A stretch of 64,000 nucleotides of DNA from Rubripirellula sp. (GTDB taxonomy: Bacteria > Planctomycetota > Planctomycetia > Pirellulales > Pirellulaceae). The position numbers were made by a program, and so were the translations under genes. The notes under the pieces were generated by a model. That model saw only the letters and a list, made by a program, of their open reading frames with translations. It was not told where the DNA came from and made no database searches. This document shows positions 48,985 through 58,709 of the stretch, piece after piece (the stretch's first letter is position 1; each line of letters opens with the position of its first letter). The stretch is taken from positions 3,040,001 to 3,104,000 of the forward strand of contig OZ244207.1 of assembly GCA_965216875.1 (NCBI GenBank), written 5' to 3'.

Positions 48985-51297
48985 CTAGCCGTCAACGTGA
49001 TGTTGAGGATCACCGGCAAAGGCATAATGATAATCACCATAGCGATAGGCATATTGCCGAGCGGTCACACCGCTAAAGACGGTCCCCGCAATCGTCGCCC
49101 CTGCTGCTTCGAGTCGCCGAGTCGTCTTGGAAATGCACTCCATCCGACTGACGTCTCTCATCACACAGAGCAGGGTCGAGTCGACTGCCGATGAAACTGC
49201 GAGGGTCTCACCGGCCGACAAAACGGGAGCGGTATCGCAAACCACGAACGCGTACTCTTGCAGTGCGTTGTCAAAGAACTCACGCATGGCCGATGGACTC
49301 ATCAACCGGTGCGGGCTCGACGTCAGTCGACCAGCTGGCAACACATGAATCAGGTCACCAAGACTCTTGTCGATCGCGTCTTCCATGTCCGCTTCGCCTG
49401 AAAGCACTGCACAAAGCCCTGCTCCCATTTCGAGGCCAAAGATCTCATGTTGATCGGGGCATCGTAAGTCAGCGTCGACAAGCAAGACGGTTTCGCCCGT
49501 CGCTTTTGCGATCGAAAGTGCGAGCTGAGAAGCAACACTACTTTTTCCTTCACCCGACATGCTGCTTGCAACCGCAATACTCCGCGTGTTGGCGGTATCG
49601 ACCGAAAGAAAAAGGTTCGCACGAAGTGTGTCTACACTCTCTTCAAACAACCGTCGCCCTTTGCCTGTGCCTTCACCGGCCGGCAAACGTGCGACCTCGC
49701 CGACAATCGGAGCCAGCGTTCCTTTCTCGACGGATTTTGAATCAGTTACGCGCTGGATCCGAAACTCCCAAAGCAGCCCCAAGAGAAACGGCACAATGAA
49801 CGCACCGCCAGAGAAGACGGCAAGCTTTTTGATAGGGGCATCTTCGATGGGTGTCTTTGGCGGTTTGGCTGGTGCGAGCGTCCTTACCATGCCTTGCTTT
49901 TGTCGTTCTGTGCGAATGGCAGCACGGCGATCGCGAAGCTTGATCAGGATCCCGTTTGCCACGGCGAGTTCTTCGCGTGCGAACTGCAGGTTGGCTGAGT
50001 CTTCCGCGTGATCCCTCAGCTTGCTCATCTCTGTTTCATAACGTTTCTTCAGAGCGGCCAGTTTTTCGACCTGCGCCGTATAGGCGAGCTGATCCTCTGT
50101 CATCCGATTATCAAATTCGATCTGGCGGTTTTTCCTCAGACGCTCTGCTTCGCGAGCATGAGCGGCTTTGGCTGCCGCAATTTGGCTGTCCCGTAATTTG
50201 AGCTCGGACTGGTACTGAAGGTCGGCAGCATGATTGAGCCTTTCTTCCACCTGCGGCCGCACTTTTTTCTTTTCCGAGTCAATCAACGCGATCGCCTTGT
50301 CACGCTTGATCTGAACTTCAGCGTAATACGACTTGCGGATGTTCTTGAGCCCGTTGATTTCCAGGCTCATCAACTCGTCCTTGTAAACTTTCAAACGGGC
50401 CATTGCCTCCACCACGGCAGGATCTGCATCGATCGCAGCCAAGATCTCAACTTCGCTCGGATCGCGTCGAATGACGGTGATCTCTGGTTCGACAAACTCG
50501 TCGATGACCGAACCCGAGTCAGCAGACGCTTGATGATCGCGAAGCTTCCTGTCAGCCTCCATCAGCATCAGACTCATTTCGACATCAGTAATCTGACCGT
50601 GCAGAGTGGAAACCAATTCCACCTGAGCATTGTTTTCAAGAACTTGCGCCCGCTGGCCGGGAACGTAGCCGAGCGCCTCTTTGCTCAGAATCCGAACGGT
50701 CTCTTTCTTCTCTTCGACTTGGTTTTCCCACTTGATGATCTCAGGACCCAACCAGCTTTCCAAAGCGTTGATTCGCGTGGAATCAAGGTCAGCCCGACGA
50801 TGCAGGTAGGCGGCGACGACCGCATTGCAAATCTCCGCAGCGGCTACTCGGTCCGTATCCTCGTAGCTGACATGCAACAGGTCTTTTGAACCTGCATTGG
50901 AAATCGACAAATTGTCTCTGAGGTTTGTCTCGGCTGTTTCTGGATCGGTGAGACTTGGTGCAGCACACAAATCCGGGTTGTCAAGAATCTCATCAAGAAC
51001 AATCCGGTTGAAGATGATTGCCTTTTGTGACCGAGCCAAGTCGGTCACCGTTGGCATCACGCCTTTGAACAGGATGGGCTGATCGTTCGCCTCGAGCAGG
51101 TGCGTAGCGCGATACCGCGGTTCAAACGACTGAAGCACGACGAAGGCAACGACGCTGGCCAACACTGCACCGGTCGGGATCGCCCAGGGCCAGCAGCGAC
51201 GAAAAGTGACCCAAAGAATCCAGGGATCAAATTGTGGCGCACCAACGGGAGAACCATGCGAAACGCCGGCGGGTTGCCTGTGATTGACAGTAGCCAT
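48985..51297 (-). CDS. wzc: Polysaccharide co-polymerase / BY tyrosine autokinase
   Basis: Two TM helices flanking a coiled coil; Walker A GEGKS, LVDADLR, DTAP; C-terminal Tyr cluster YAYRYGDYHY. Confidence 0.92.
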   Translation of the reverse strand: MATVNHRQPAGVSHGSPVGAPQFDPWILWVTFRRCWPWAIPTGAVLASVVAFVVLQSFEPRYRATHLLEANDQPILFKGVMPTVTDLARSQKAIIFNRIVLDEILDNPDLCAAPSLTDPETAETNLRDNLSISNAGSKDLLHVSYEDTDRVAAAEICNAVVAAYLHRRADLDSTRINALESWLGPEIIKWENQVEEKKETVRILSKEALGYVPGQRAQVLENNAQVELVSTLHGQITDVEMSLMLMEADRKLRDHQASADSGSVIDEFVEPEITVIRRDPSEVEILAAIDADPAVVEAMARLKVYKDELMSLEINGLKNIRKSYYAEVQIKRDKAIALIDSEKKKVRPQVEERLNHAADLQYQSELKLRDSQIAAAKAAHAREAERLRKNRQIEFDNRMTEDQLAYTAQVEKLAALKKRYETEMSKLRDHAEDSANLQFAREELAVANGILIKLRDRRAAIRTERQKQGMVRTLAPAKPPKTPIEDAPIKKLAVFSGGAFIVPFLLGLLWEFRIQRVTDSKSVEKGTLAPIVGEVARLPAGEGTGKGRRLFEESVDTLRANLFLSVDTANTRSIAVASSMSGEGKSSVASQLALSIAKATGETVLLVDADLRCPDQHEIFGLEMGAGLCAVLSGEADMEDAIDKSLGDLIHVLPAGRLTSSPHRLMSPSAMREFFDNALQEYAFVVCDTAPVLSAGETLAVSSAVDSTLLCVMRDVSRMECISKTTRRLEAAGATIAGTVFSGVTARQYAYRYGDYHYAFAGDPQHHVDG

Positions 51298-51379
51298 TAC
51301 TCGATCTTGATTGCTAGGTTGTCGGTGTTTGTAACAAGGGAGGATGAACTAACGCGCCTCAGTGCGCGTGATACAGTTG

Positions 51380-52384
51380 CTATGACGCGGAGGGCTGGGA
51401 TGAGCTCCGCACAAAATCTTTCGCAGTAAGCTGCTCTACGGGCCGGTAGAGCCGTTCCCAAAACGTCTTTGCAATCCACAATAATACGAACGCCAGAGGT
51501 ATCATTAGGTACCCCGAGTAATCATGGATTGTCTTTTGAGATTCCAGGTCGGTGTATCGCAAGTACAACAGACCGACGATCGTAATCCGGACAGAGTTGG
51601 CGAAGACGGCCAGGGGAAGCACCAGCGCCGCAAGAACGACACGGTCAATCCAGTGCCGTTTGACCATTGCGGCCCAAAAATAGGCCAGCGCTGCGACCCC
51701 AACAAAGATCCGCAATCCGGAGCAAGCCTCTTCCACCTGAAGTGGCGCTTCGGCACTCGTCCAGATCATGTGACCTTCAGCAACCGCGGGCTGACCAAGC
51801 ACTCGCAGGAAGATCGTGCTCACTTCCGTCGCAATGCCCTGCAATTTCCAGCTCAATAGCGACTCAGCCCGATAGGGCATCGGGATCATGAAGAACAGGA
51901 AGCAGATCGCCGGCAGACTCCAAAGCATGGCGCGTCGTCCCAAGACGACCCACACCACACCCGCGATGAGCGGCAACATGCTCCAAGCGTCCAAGAAGTC
52001 GGCATAGACCAAGCGACTGCCGACACGCATGACCACGGCAATCAGAATGAGCGAAAGCCCTGACCAACTTACAGTGGCGCGTGCCCCGGGAAAGCTATCG
52101 GCTCGATTCCAAACCAGCAGCAGTCCGAGCACCGGCACAAGATAGCCATGTGAGTAGTCGGGCTCATTTCTCCATGCGTCTTCAATCCAAACCAGTGTTG
52201 GCCAGTACGCGTAAATCAATACCAGCACAAAACCAACGACGTAGGGAATGTACTTACGACGAAGCTCCGAATCTAACGGTAGCAACTCCTCCTGAGGCTT
52301 CGGCTGCTTCTTGGTTCCCGCAGCGCGCTTCAGAGGGTCGTTCATTTTGGGGCGACGCCGATTAGGCTTCCTTCGCTTAGCCAA
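51380..52384 (-). CDS. xrt: Exosortase
   Basis: YSHG, EACSGLR (Cys), NSVR (Arg), HD (His); about 8 TM helices. Confidence 0.95.
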   Translation of the reverse strand: MAKRRKPNRRRPKMNDPLKRAAGTKKQPKPQEELLPLDSELRRKYIPYVVGFVLVLIYAYWPTLVWIEDAWRNEPDYSHGYLVPVLGLLLVWNRADSFPGARATVSWSGLSLILIAVVMRVGSRLVYADFLDAWSMLPLIAGVVWVVLGRRAMLWSLPAICFLFFMIPMPYRAESLLSWKLQGIATEVSTIFLRVLGQPAVAEGHMIWTSAEAPLQVEEACSGLRIFVGVAALAYFWAAMVKRHWIDRVVLAALVLPLAVFANSVRITIVGLLYLRYTDLESQKTIHDYSGYLMIPLAFVLLWIAKTFWERLYRPVEQLTAKDFVRSSSQPSAS

Positions 52385-52718
52385 TCTGGGCCTCCATGAC
52401 GGCTCGCTTTTGCAGTGTACCTTTGTTCATTTTAAATGGGGGCTTCGCCCTTCTGGGTGACACCAAACTCTTCCTTAGCTTCCCGCTAAATCCGCGGTCT
52501 TCCAAAGCGGGGCACTTCGAAACCGCGGGCCGCCCGAGGGGCGATCCAGCCTCCTGGAAGCCAATACGCACTCCGAAGGGGGCCGGCTTCTGCTGGATAG
52601 AAAACACTCTGTCTGGGGGACACCTAACCGCTGTCTCTAGCGGCCTGGCGACCATTAGCTTTGACCTTAATGGCTGTTTTACGTAGGGGGTAGGGTTAAA
52701 CCCAAAAAAAACGATCGC

Positions 52719-52732
52719 CGTCACTAGTGACG
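52719..52732. promoter_or_regulatory. Perfect 14-bp palindrome, candidate operator in the divergent intergenic region
   Basis: cgtcactagtgacg, just after an A8 tract. Confidence 0.35.
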
Positions 52733-53183
52733 CGTAATAACCGGCAATCCCCCACCATCAGAACGCGCAAACTTGACCTCCATTTCTAAGAAGCCCTTGG
52801 TGTTACGCAAAAACGGAAAGCTGGGCGAGATGGACGGCCGACACCTGCCGCATGTTGCCGAAGAAGCGAGGCAGAAGCCCGCAAATTTGAAGGATTGCCA
52901 ATCTCATCGCGTGACACCTATGAGATGCTAGGGTTCCAAGTAGAGACCACACCGCTCGTGTGTGATACCTACCCCCAAAGTGAATCGATAGGGAGCGAAC
53001 CTTCGCTAGGCGTTAAATCTTGCTGAATCACCAAGCGATTCTCGCCGAAAACAGGGATAGCTCTATAGCCGCAATCTTGTCTTGCGTCGTAGAATAGAAG
53101 TGGGTTGGTCATCTTTACACGCTCCGGAAGGTTGCCCTGACCACCCTTGACGGCAATGAAGCCTACACCCGACGGGGTTCCCG

Positions 53184-53453
53184 ATGCCCGACTTGCTTAC
53201 TACATCGATCCTGATCGTCGCTTTTCTGACGACATGCACCTGTATTGTGCTCGCTCTGATTAGCCGAGCCCCTTTGATCGAAGAGTTTGAATCTTCAGAA
53301 GGTTGCGCAATCGATCGACGAGATAGCGATCACGCAAGACCGCACTCAACAGCGGCTGCTGCACGACCAAAAGCCCGATCTGGCGGCGTGATCTTCGTAC
53401 CCCACCAACCGCAGTTGGACGCCAGCTCAAACCCAGTTCGAGCACCACGCTAG
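53184..53453 (+). CDS. Small membrane hypothetical protein
   Basis: ATG start, N-terminal hydrophobic helix, located in an otherwise empty gap. Confidence 0.5.
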   Translation: MPDLLTTSILIVAFLTTCTCIVLALISRAPLIEEFESSEGCAIDRRDSDHARPHSTAAAARPKARSGGVIFVPHQPQLDASSNPVRAPR

Positions 53454-53701
53454 GAAGTCCCCGCGGGAAATGGATGCTTGCCCGTTTGAGGAGTAGTAGG
53501 GGCGGAAGATCTCTCTGACGGCGCGGCTTCAAGATGCGTGTTCGGATTTACACGCCTCAACAGATGCGTGTCATCGATTTGTGATTGCCACGAGAATTCC
53601 GTGGAAACTATCTTGCCCCGCCCCCTCAGGTGAGTAGAATCGCCTCCGGATTTGCACCATTTGCTTGCGCACCCCATTTTTCCCAAACCCTGGAAACCAC
53701 T

Positions 53702-54451
53702 GTGACTCGACATCTACGAATGATTGTCGCTTCGCTCTTCCTCGTAATGGCTGGATTGACCCAGGCCAACGCTGGGATCATTCCTGGGCGAGACTTTTCC
53801 CCGGACGTAACGGCGGGCTTCGTCTCAGCACAATATGATGGTTCGGATCTCGTGGTTCTGGGATACGCATCCCAACTAGCTGAAGAAGGTGCTGGAACGA
53901 CGGGACTATTCCGCGGCGTCTACAACCCGTTGAATCTCGACCCAGACAATGTTGCCCTTCATCCCTCTGGTGACGTGGCGGTCGCTGGTGTCAACGTTCC
54001 ACACTCAATCTTTCCAATGCCTCCAATCCCACTTCAACCTGGGACGGCAGCGCTCTTTCGACTTGATGCAGCAGTCGACAGCAGTGGCAACCTGAGCGGT
54101 GGCAATCTGATTATCCACGGTGCTCGGAGCAGCGGTGATGAACGGGTCACATTGCTCAAAGCTACTTTGACACAGATTGACACTTCCGCGTTCAACTCGT
54201 CGGGTCACCTCGAGTTCCTTGCGAACGTAACGCAGACCCATGTGTCGATGCCCGACTTTGGTTCGGTGGTTGGTGTGAAGATCAACAGCTTGAATTCCGG
54301 ACTGAGCTTCGGACAGACATTCACATCGATCAACATGGCATCCGCCAACATCGGTCGCCCTGTTCCTGAACCATCTTCCATCTTTGCGATGGGTGCGACT
54401 CTCTTGGTTGGCGTTTGTGCGATTCGCAAACGCAAGAAGGCGGCTGCTTAA
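53702..54451 (+). CDS. PEP-CTERM surface protein (third)
   Basis: Signal peptide ending ANA; VPEPSSIFAMGATLLVGVCAIRKRKK. Start is GTG 53702 or ATG 53720. Confidence 0.92.
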   Translation: MTRHLRMIVASLFLVMAGLTQANAGIIPGRDFSPDVTAGFVSAQYDGSDLVVLGYASQLAEEGAGTTGLFRGVYNPLNLDPDNVALHPSGDVAVAGVNVPHSIFPMPPIPLQPGTAALFRLDAAVDSSGNLSGGNLIIHGARSSGDERVTLLKATLTQIDTSAFNSSGHLEFLANVTQTHVSMPDFGSVVGVKINSLNSGLSFGQTFTSINMASANIGRPVPEPSSIFAMGATLLVGVCAIRKRKKAAA

Positions 54452-54841
54452 ACACGGCTCACCTAGCGACCATCTGTTCACCTTCTTTGTGGTGACTTGC
54501 AACACCTTTGTCGCAAAAATTCTTTCGATCACTGGGGCAACGTTGTTCGCTTTATGTGGACAGTAACTATCCTAGGCACCCGGTTGAGGTACTTGGCGGC
54601 TTTCCGCAACGGTTTGCGCTAACAGCAATAAGCATCCTTTTGTTGCGAGCGTCAATGCGCCGAAGCGGTCGTCGCAAAGTCTGAGTCCAGCCAACTGTGG
54701 CAAGCGTTATTCATGCAAGTTCGTTCAACGATTTTGTACATCGGGCACATTCATTTTCATGCCACAAAGTGTTGGACCATCGAGTCATCATCACTTTGAT
54801 TATCCCTCCTTCTTTTGGGACCCAACGAAGGTCAATTTTCA

Positions 54842-57800
54842 ATGTCACAATCAAACACATCTCGTTTCTTGGGACTTGGTCGATCCGATCGTAAAAAGAT
54901 GAAGGATCGCATCACCACCAAGTCGCTTCGACGACGACGCGCTCGTGTCGAGCAACTTGAAGACCGACGGGTCCTTGCTTTGCTGGGTGTCCAACCTGGC
55001 TTTCCAGCACTCTTTGCTAACAGCACCGGCAACGTCTCGTACGATTCGGTCAACGAAGACTTTGTTGCGGTCGCTGACCCACTGATCTTCCAGGAAACCG
55101 CCGTCGCCTTCCCGACCTTCCTGCAAGCTCCCAAATCGTTCAGCCTGAACATCAAGGTCGACAACACGGGCACTTTGATTGGCGGCACTGCTGGCCATGA
55201 CCTCATTATCGAGGGCGCCGTTGACATCGACTTCGATAACATTCCCGATGCAACGGGAACACTGCTTACGGGCGAGATCACCGGTTTCGGCTTCGAAGAC
55301 TCGGGACCAGGATCGACAACCGACACTTATGATTTTCGATTCACCGTGACTGGCGGTGCACTTTCGGTTCCCGGCACACTCTCTACAGGTGGCGTTCGCC
55401 CCGCGTACTTTGACGGGTTCGACATTGGCCTCCGCATCGACAGTGAAAACTCATCCTTTGCGGGCGACTTCACCGTCGACTTCGCTGGCGGCAACAAAGC
55501 GACTCTTGGCCCAATCGAGGCTAACCAAGAGATCAATCCTGCCATCGAGATCATCAAGTACGTCGACAAGATCATCACCACCAGCGAGATGACTGTCATC
55601 GACTTTGACGACCTGACTCCTGGTGACGTCGTCGGCGCCCAATATCCAGGCGTCACCGTCAACGCGGTCAACAACCGAACCGGATTCCAAAACGCTGCGA
55701 TGGTGTTTGACAGTGCCAACCCAACAGGTGGCGACGTCGACCTTGGCACACCCAACCAAGCTTTCGGTGGCCCAGGCATTGGAAGTGGCGGAGCAACCAA
55801 CGATGTTGCGTTGGGCAACATCTTGATCATCTCCGAAGACCAAGATGCTTCCGACCCAGATGATGAAGCGGGCGGCGGTGTCTTCACCTTCACGTTTGAT
55901 GATCCGGTCACGATTAACCATCTCGATTTGCTTGACATCGACAACAACGAAGCGGGCGGATCCGCAGTCACGGTCACAACTGCTTCGGGGACACAAACGT
56001 TCCCGATCCCAACGCTCGGAAACAACAGCTACCAACGTCTTCCGATCGGTGTCGATGATGTCCTTGAACTGACGGTCAACTTCGTTTCCAGCGGTGCCAT
56101 CACCGAACTGAAGTACACCACGACCACGGAAGAAAAACAGTGGTTCGATGCCAACACGCCAGAGGAAGCTGTTGAATTTGAATTTGGCGAAGACGTCGAA
56201 TTCTCGTATCACGTCACCAACATCGGTGACGTCCCACTGACAATCGACCAAATTGTTGATGACAACGCCACGCCCGGAAGCATCAGCGACGACTTCAATC
56301 CGATCCCGGTCGAATCGGGCGGATTCAATGTCGGCGACCTGAATCAAAATGGCATCCTGGATGTCAACGATGGCGTCAATCCTGTCGAAGAATGGATCTT
56401 CACCTTTACCATTACGCCAGATGCTCCTGGTCACTACTGCAACATTGCAACCGTCACAGGCACACCCGTTGGTGGCGGCCCATCGGTGACCGACGATGAT
56501 CCAGGCAAATACAACGTCGTCGCGCCCCCAAGCATCGACATCGAGAAGCTGACCAACGGCGTCCAAGCCGATGACCCAAGTGAAGCGGTAGAAATCGCAC
56601 CCGGCGACACCGTGACCTGGACCTACATCGTGACCAACACCGGTGGCGTCGCCTATGCACAAGCCGATGTCGTTGTCGTTGATGACAACGGAACGCCAGG
56701 CGACACAAGCGACGATTTCAGCCCAACCTTCATTGGCCCAGACGCGGGCAACGATGGCATCTTGTCACCAGGTGAAGTTTGGCAATACGAAGCAACCGCG
56801 ATCGCGGACACTCTCACCACGCCCGGCCAATCGAGCACACTGTTCCTCGACGGCAACAGTTCGCTTGACGGTCCTGACGGAAACATCCGCACTTACACCG
56901 TTGACGGAGTCTCCGTGAACGCGAGTGCATTCAGTCGTGACAGCAACGGGAACTGGAGTGAAGCGTTCCTGGGTGCCTTCTCAGGTGGCCTTGGCGTCAC
57001 TGACTCGAGCGAAGGCAACGGCGGCAATGGCACGCATCGCGTCGACAATGTTGGACGTGACAACTACGTGCTGTTCGAATTCTCGAATGATGTCGTCGTT
57101 GACTCCGCTTTCCTTGACAGCGTGGTCGGAGACAGCGACCTGTCAATTTGGATCGGTACCATTCCAGGCGCATTTGGGAACCATCAAACGCTTTCCGATG
57201 CGTTGCTGAATGGTCTTGCACTGAACGAAGTCGACAACACGACCAGCAGTGGTTCGCGATTTGCCAACTTCAATGCCGGCGGTGCCGCTGGCAACATCTT
57301 GGTGCTTGCAGCTTCGACGGCTGACACCACTCCGGATGACAAGTTCAAGATCCGAAAGGTCAAGTTCAAACAACAATCGCCTGGCATCTACGGCAATGTT
57401 GGATCGGTCGATACAGGCGATGCGTCCGATTCGGATCCGAGCCACTACGTCAACCCCGTACCAGCGCCATCGGCCAAGCTCGGCGATTTCGTTTGGAATG
57501 ACACCGACCGCGACGGTAAGCAAGACGCAGGCGAAGACGGCATCGCGGGCGTCACGGTCCGCTTGCTTGACAGCGCTGGAAATGAACTTGCGACCACCGT
57601 GACGGCTGCAGACGGCAGCTACATGTTTGCTGGATTGGACGCGGGTGACTACAAGCTCGATTTCGTCGCTCCAGCCGATTTTGTCTTCTCACCCAAGGGC
57701 GCTGGCTCGAACGATGCGATCGACAGCAACGCTAACAGCGATGGGCTAACGGATGTCATCTCGCTAGCGGCTCATCAGATCAACAACTCCATTGACGCTG

Positions 57801-58699
57801 GCCTGTACGAATCCGCCGTTGACTTTATGTTCGAAGCGGAAGACTACGAATGGAAAGACAGCCCTTGGAAGGTTTACGGTTCCTCGAGTGCATCCGGTGG
57901 CAAGTTCATCAAAGCCCCGAACGGAACAGGTTCACATTACAACTCGCCACCCCATGGCAAGAAAGTGATGTACCAGTTCAACGTCGACCATGCCGGCAAC
58001 TACGAAATCTCGGGATTGGTCAAAGCCAAGAATTCGAAAGACAACTCGGTTTGGATCAAAGTTGACAACAACCCTTGGGTCCAATGGCACATGGACGTTA
58101 CTGGCAATAGCTTCCAGTGGCAGAACGTGACCGATGGCTGGAACAAAGACGCAACCGCGTTCCACCTCGATGCAGGTAGTCACACCATGCAATTGAAGGT
58201 TCGCGAGGACGGCACAAAGTTGGACAAGTTCATGTTCAGCAAGCTCGCGGAAACCACAGTCGTGATTGACGCGACAGCGTTCGAATCTTCGGATTCAGCT
58301 TGGCAGGTCGAAGTCGATGACGACGGCAACGAGTTCCTCATTGCTGCTCATGGCACGCATTACTCGGCACCACCCGCCGGCAGTGAACTGACCTTCTCGT
58401 TCAACATCGACCAAGCTGGCCAATTCCAGATGCACGCTCTGGTCAGTGCGCTCGATGGTGGCTCGAACTCATTCTGGGTCGCCGTTGATGACGGCGAGTG
58501 GGTCCAGTGGCACTTGAGTGTGACCAACGGCGAATGGGCATGGCAAACGGTGACCGACGGAACGTCACACCAACAAGTGACGTTCGATCTTTCTGAGGGT
58601 GAACACACGTTGCGAATCAAAGTTCGCGAAGACGGCACTCAGCTAGACAAGATCGTGATCACCAACGACGCCGACATTGACTTGTCGCTCTACGAATAG
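54842..58699 (+). CDS. Large extracellular modular protein: Planc_extracel leader, Ig-like repeats with inserted domains, SdrD-B-like domain, two CBM-like C-terminal repeats
   Basis: RRRRARVEQLEDRRVLA; I.I.K..V...Y.VTN.G repeats; GDFVWNDTDRDGKQDAGEDGIAGVTVRL; HT..KVREDGT.LDK twice. Confidence 0.85.
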   Translation: MSQSNTSRFLGLGRSDRKKMKDRITTKSLRRRRARVEQLEDRRVLALLGVQPGFPALFANSTGNVSYDSVNEDFVAVADPLIFQETAVAFPTFLQAPKSFSLNIKVDNTGTLIGGTAGHDLIIEGAVDIDFDNIPDATGTLLTGEITGFGFEDSGPGSTTDTYDFRFTVTGGALSVPGTLSTGGVRPAYFDGFDIGLRIDSENSSFAGDFTVDFAGGNKATLGPIEANQEINPAIEIIKYVDKIITTSEMTVIDFDDLTPGDVVGAQYPGVTVNAVNNRTGFQNAAMVFDSANPTGGDVDLGTPNQAFGGPGIGSGGATNDVALGNILIISEDQDASDPDDEAGGGVFTFTFDDPVTINHLDLLDIDNNEAGGSAVTVTTASGTQTFPIPTLGNNSYQRLPIGVDDVLELTVNFVSSGAITELKYTTTTEEKQWFDANTPEEAVEFEFGEDVEFSYHVTNIGDVPLTIDQIVDDNATPGSISDDFNPIPVESGGFNVGDLNQNGILDVNDGVNPVEEWIFTFTITPDAPGHYCNIATVTGTPVGGGPSVTDDDPGKYNVVAPPSIDIEKLTNGVQADDPSEAVEIAPGDTVTWTYIVTNTGGVAYAQADVVVVDDNGTPGDTSDDFSPTFIGPDAGNDGILSPGEVWQYEATAIADTLTTPGQSSTLFLDGNSSLDGPDGNIRTYTVDGVSVNASAFSRDSNGNWSEAFLGAFSGGLGVTDSSEGNGGNGTHRVDNVGRDNYVLFEFSNDVVVDSAFLDSVVGDSDLSIWIGTIPGAFGNHQTLSDALLNGLALNEVDNTTSSGSRFANFNAGGAAGNILVLAASTADTTPDDKFKIRKVKFKQQSPGIYGNVGSVDTGDASDSDPSHYVNPVPAPSAKLGDFVWNDTDRDGKQDAGEDGIAGVTVRLLDSAGNELATTVTAADGSYMFAGLDAGDYKLDFVAPADFVFSPKGAGSNDAIDSNANSDGLTDVISLAAHQINNSIDAGLYESAVDFMFEAEDYEWKDSPWKVYGSSSASGGKFIKAPNGTGSHYNSPPHGKKVMYQFNVDHAGNYEISGLVKAKNSKDNSVWIKVDNNPWVQWHMDVTGNSFQWQNVTDGWNKDATAFHLDAGSHTMQLKVREDGTKLDKFMFSKLAETTVVIDATAFESSDSAWQVEVDDDGNEFLIAAHGTHYSAPPAGSELTFSFNIDQAGQFQMHALVSALDGGSNSFWVAVDDGEWVQWHLSVTNGEWAWQTVTDGTSHQQVTFDLSEGEHTLRIKVREDGTQLDKIVITNDADIDLSLYE

Positions 58700-58709
58700 T
58701 CGCCAAGCC

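Noticed and set aside
52377..52724. 115-aa ORF upstream of xrt, and an ops/JUMPstart-like cagcggttaggtg
   Set aside because: The ORF has no family features, and the motif does not match the GGCGGTAG consensus.
55451..56662. 403-aa minus-strand ORF (and 55327-56025)
   Set aside because: Antisense shadow of the codon-biased surface protein gene; no motifs.
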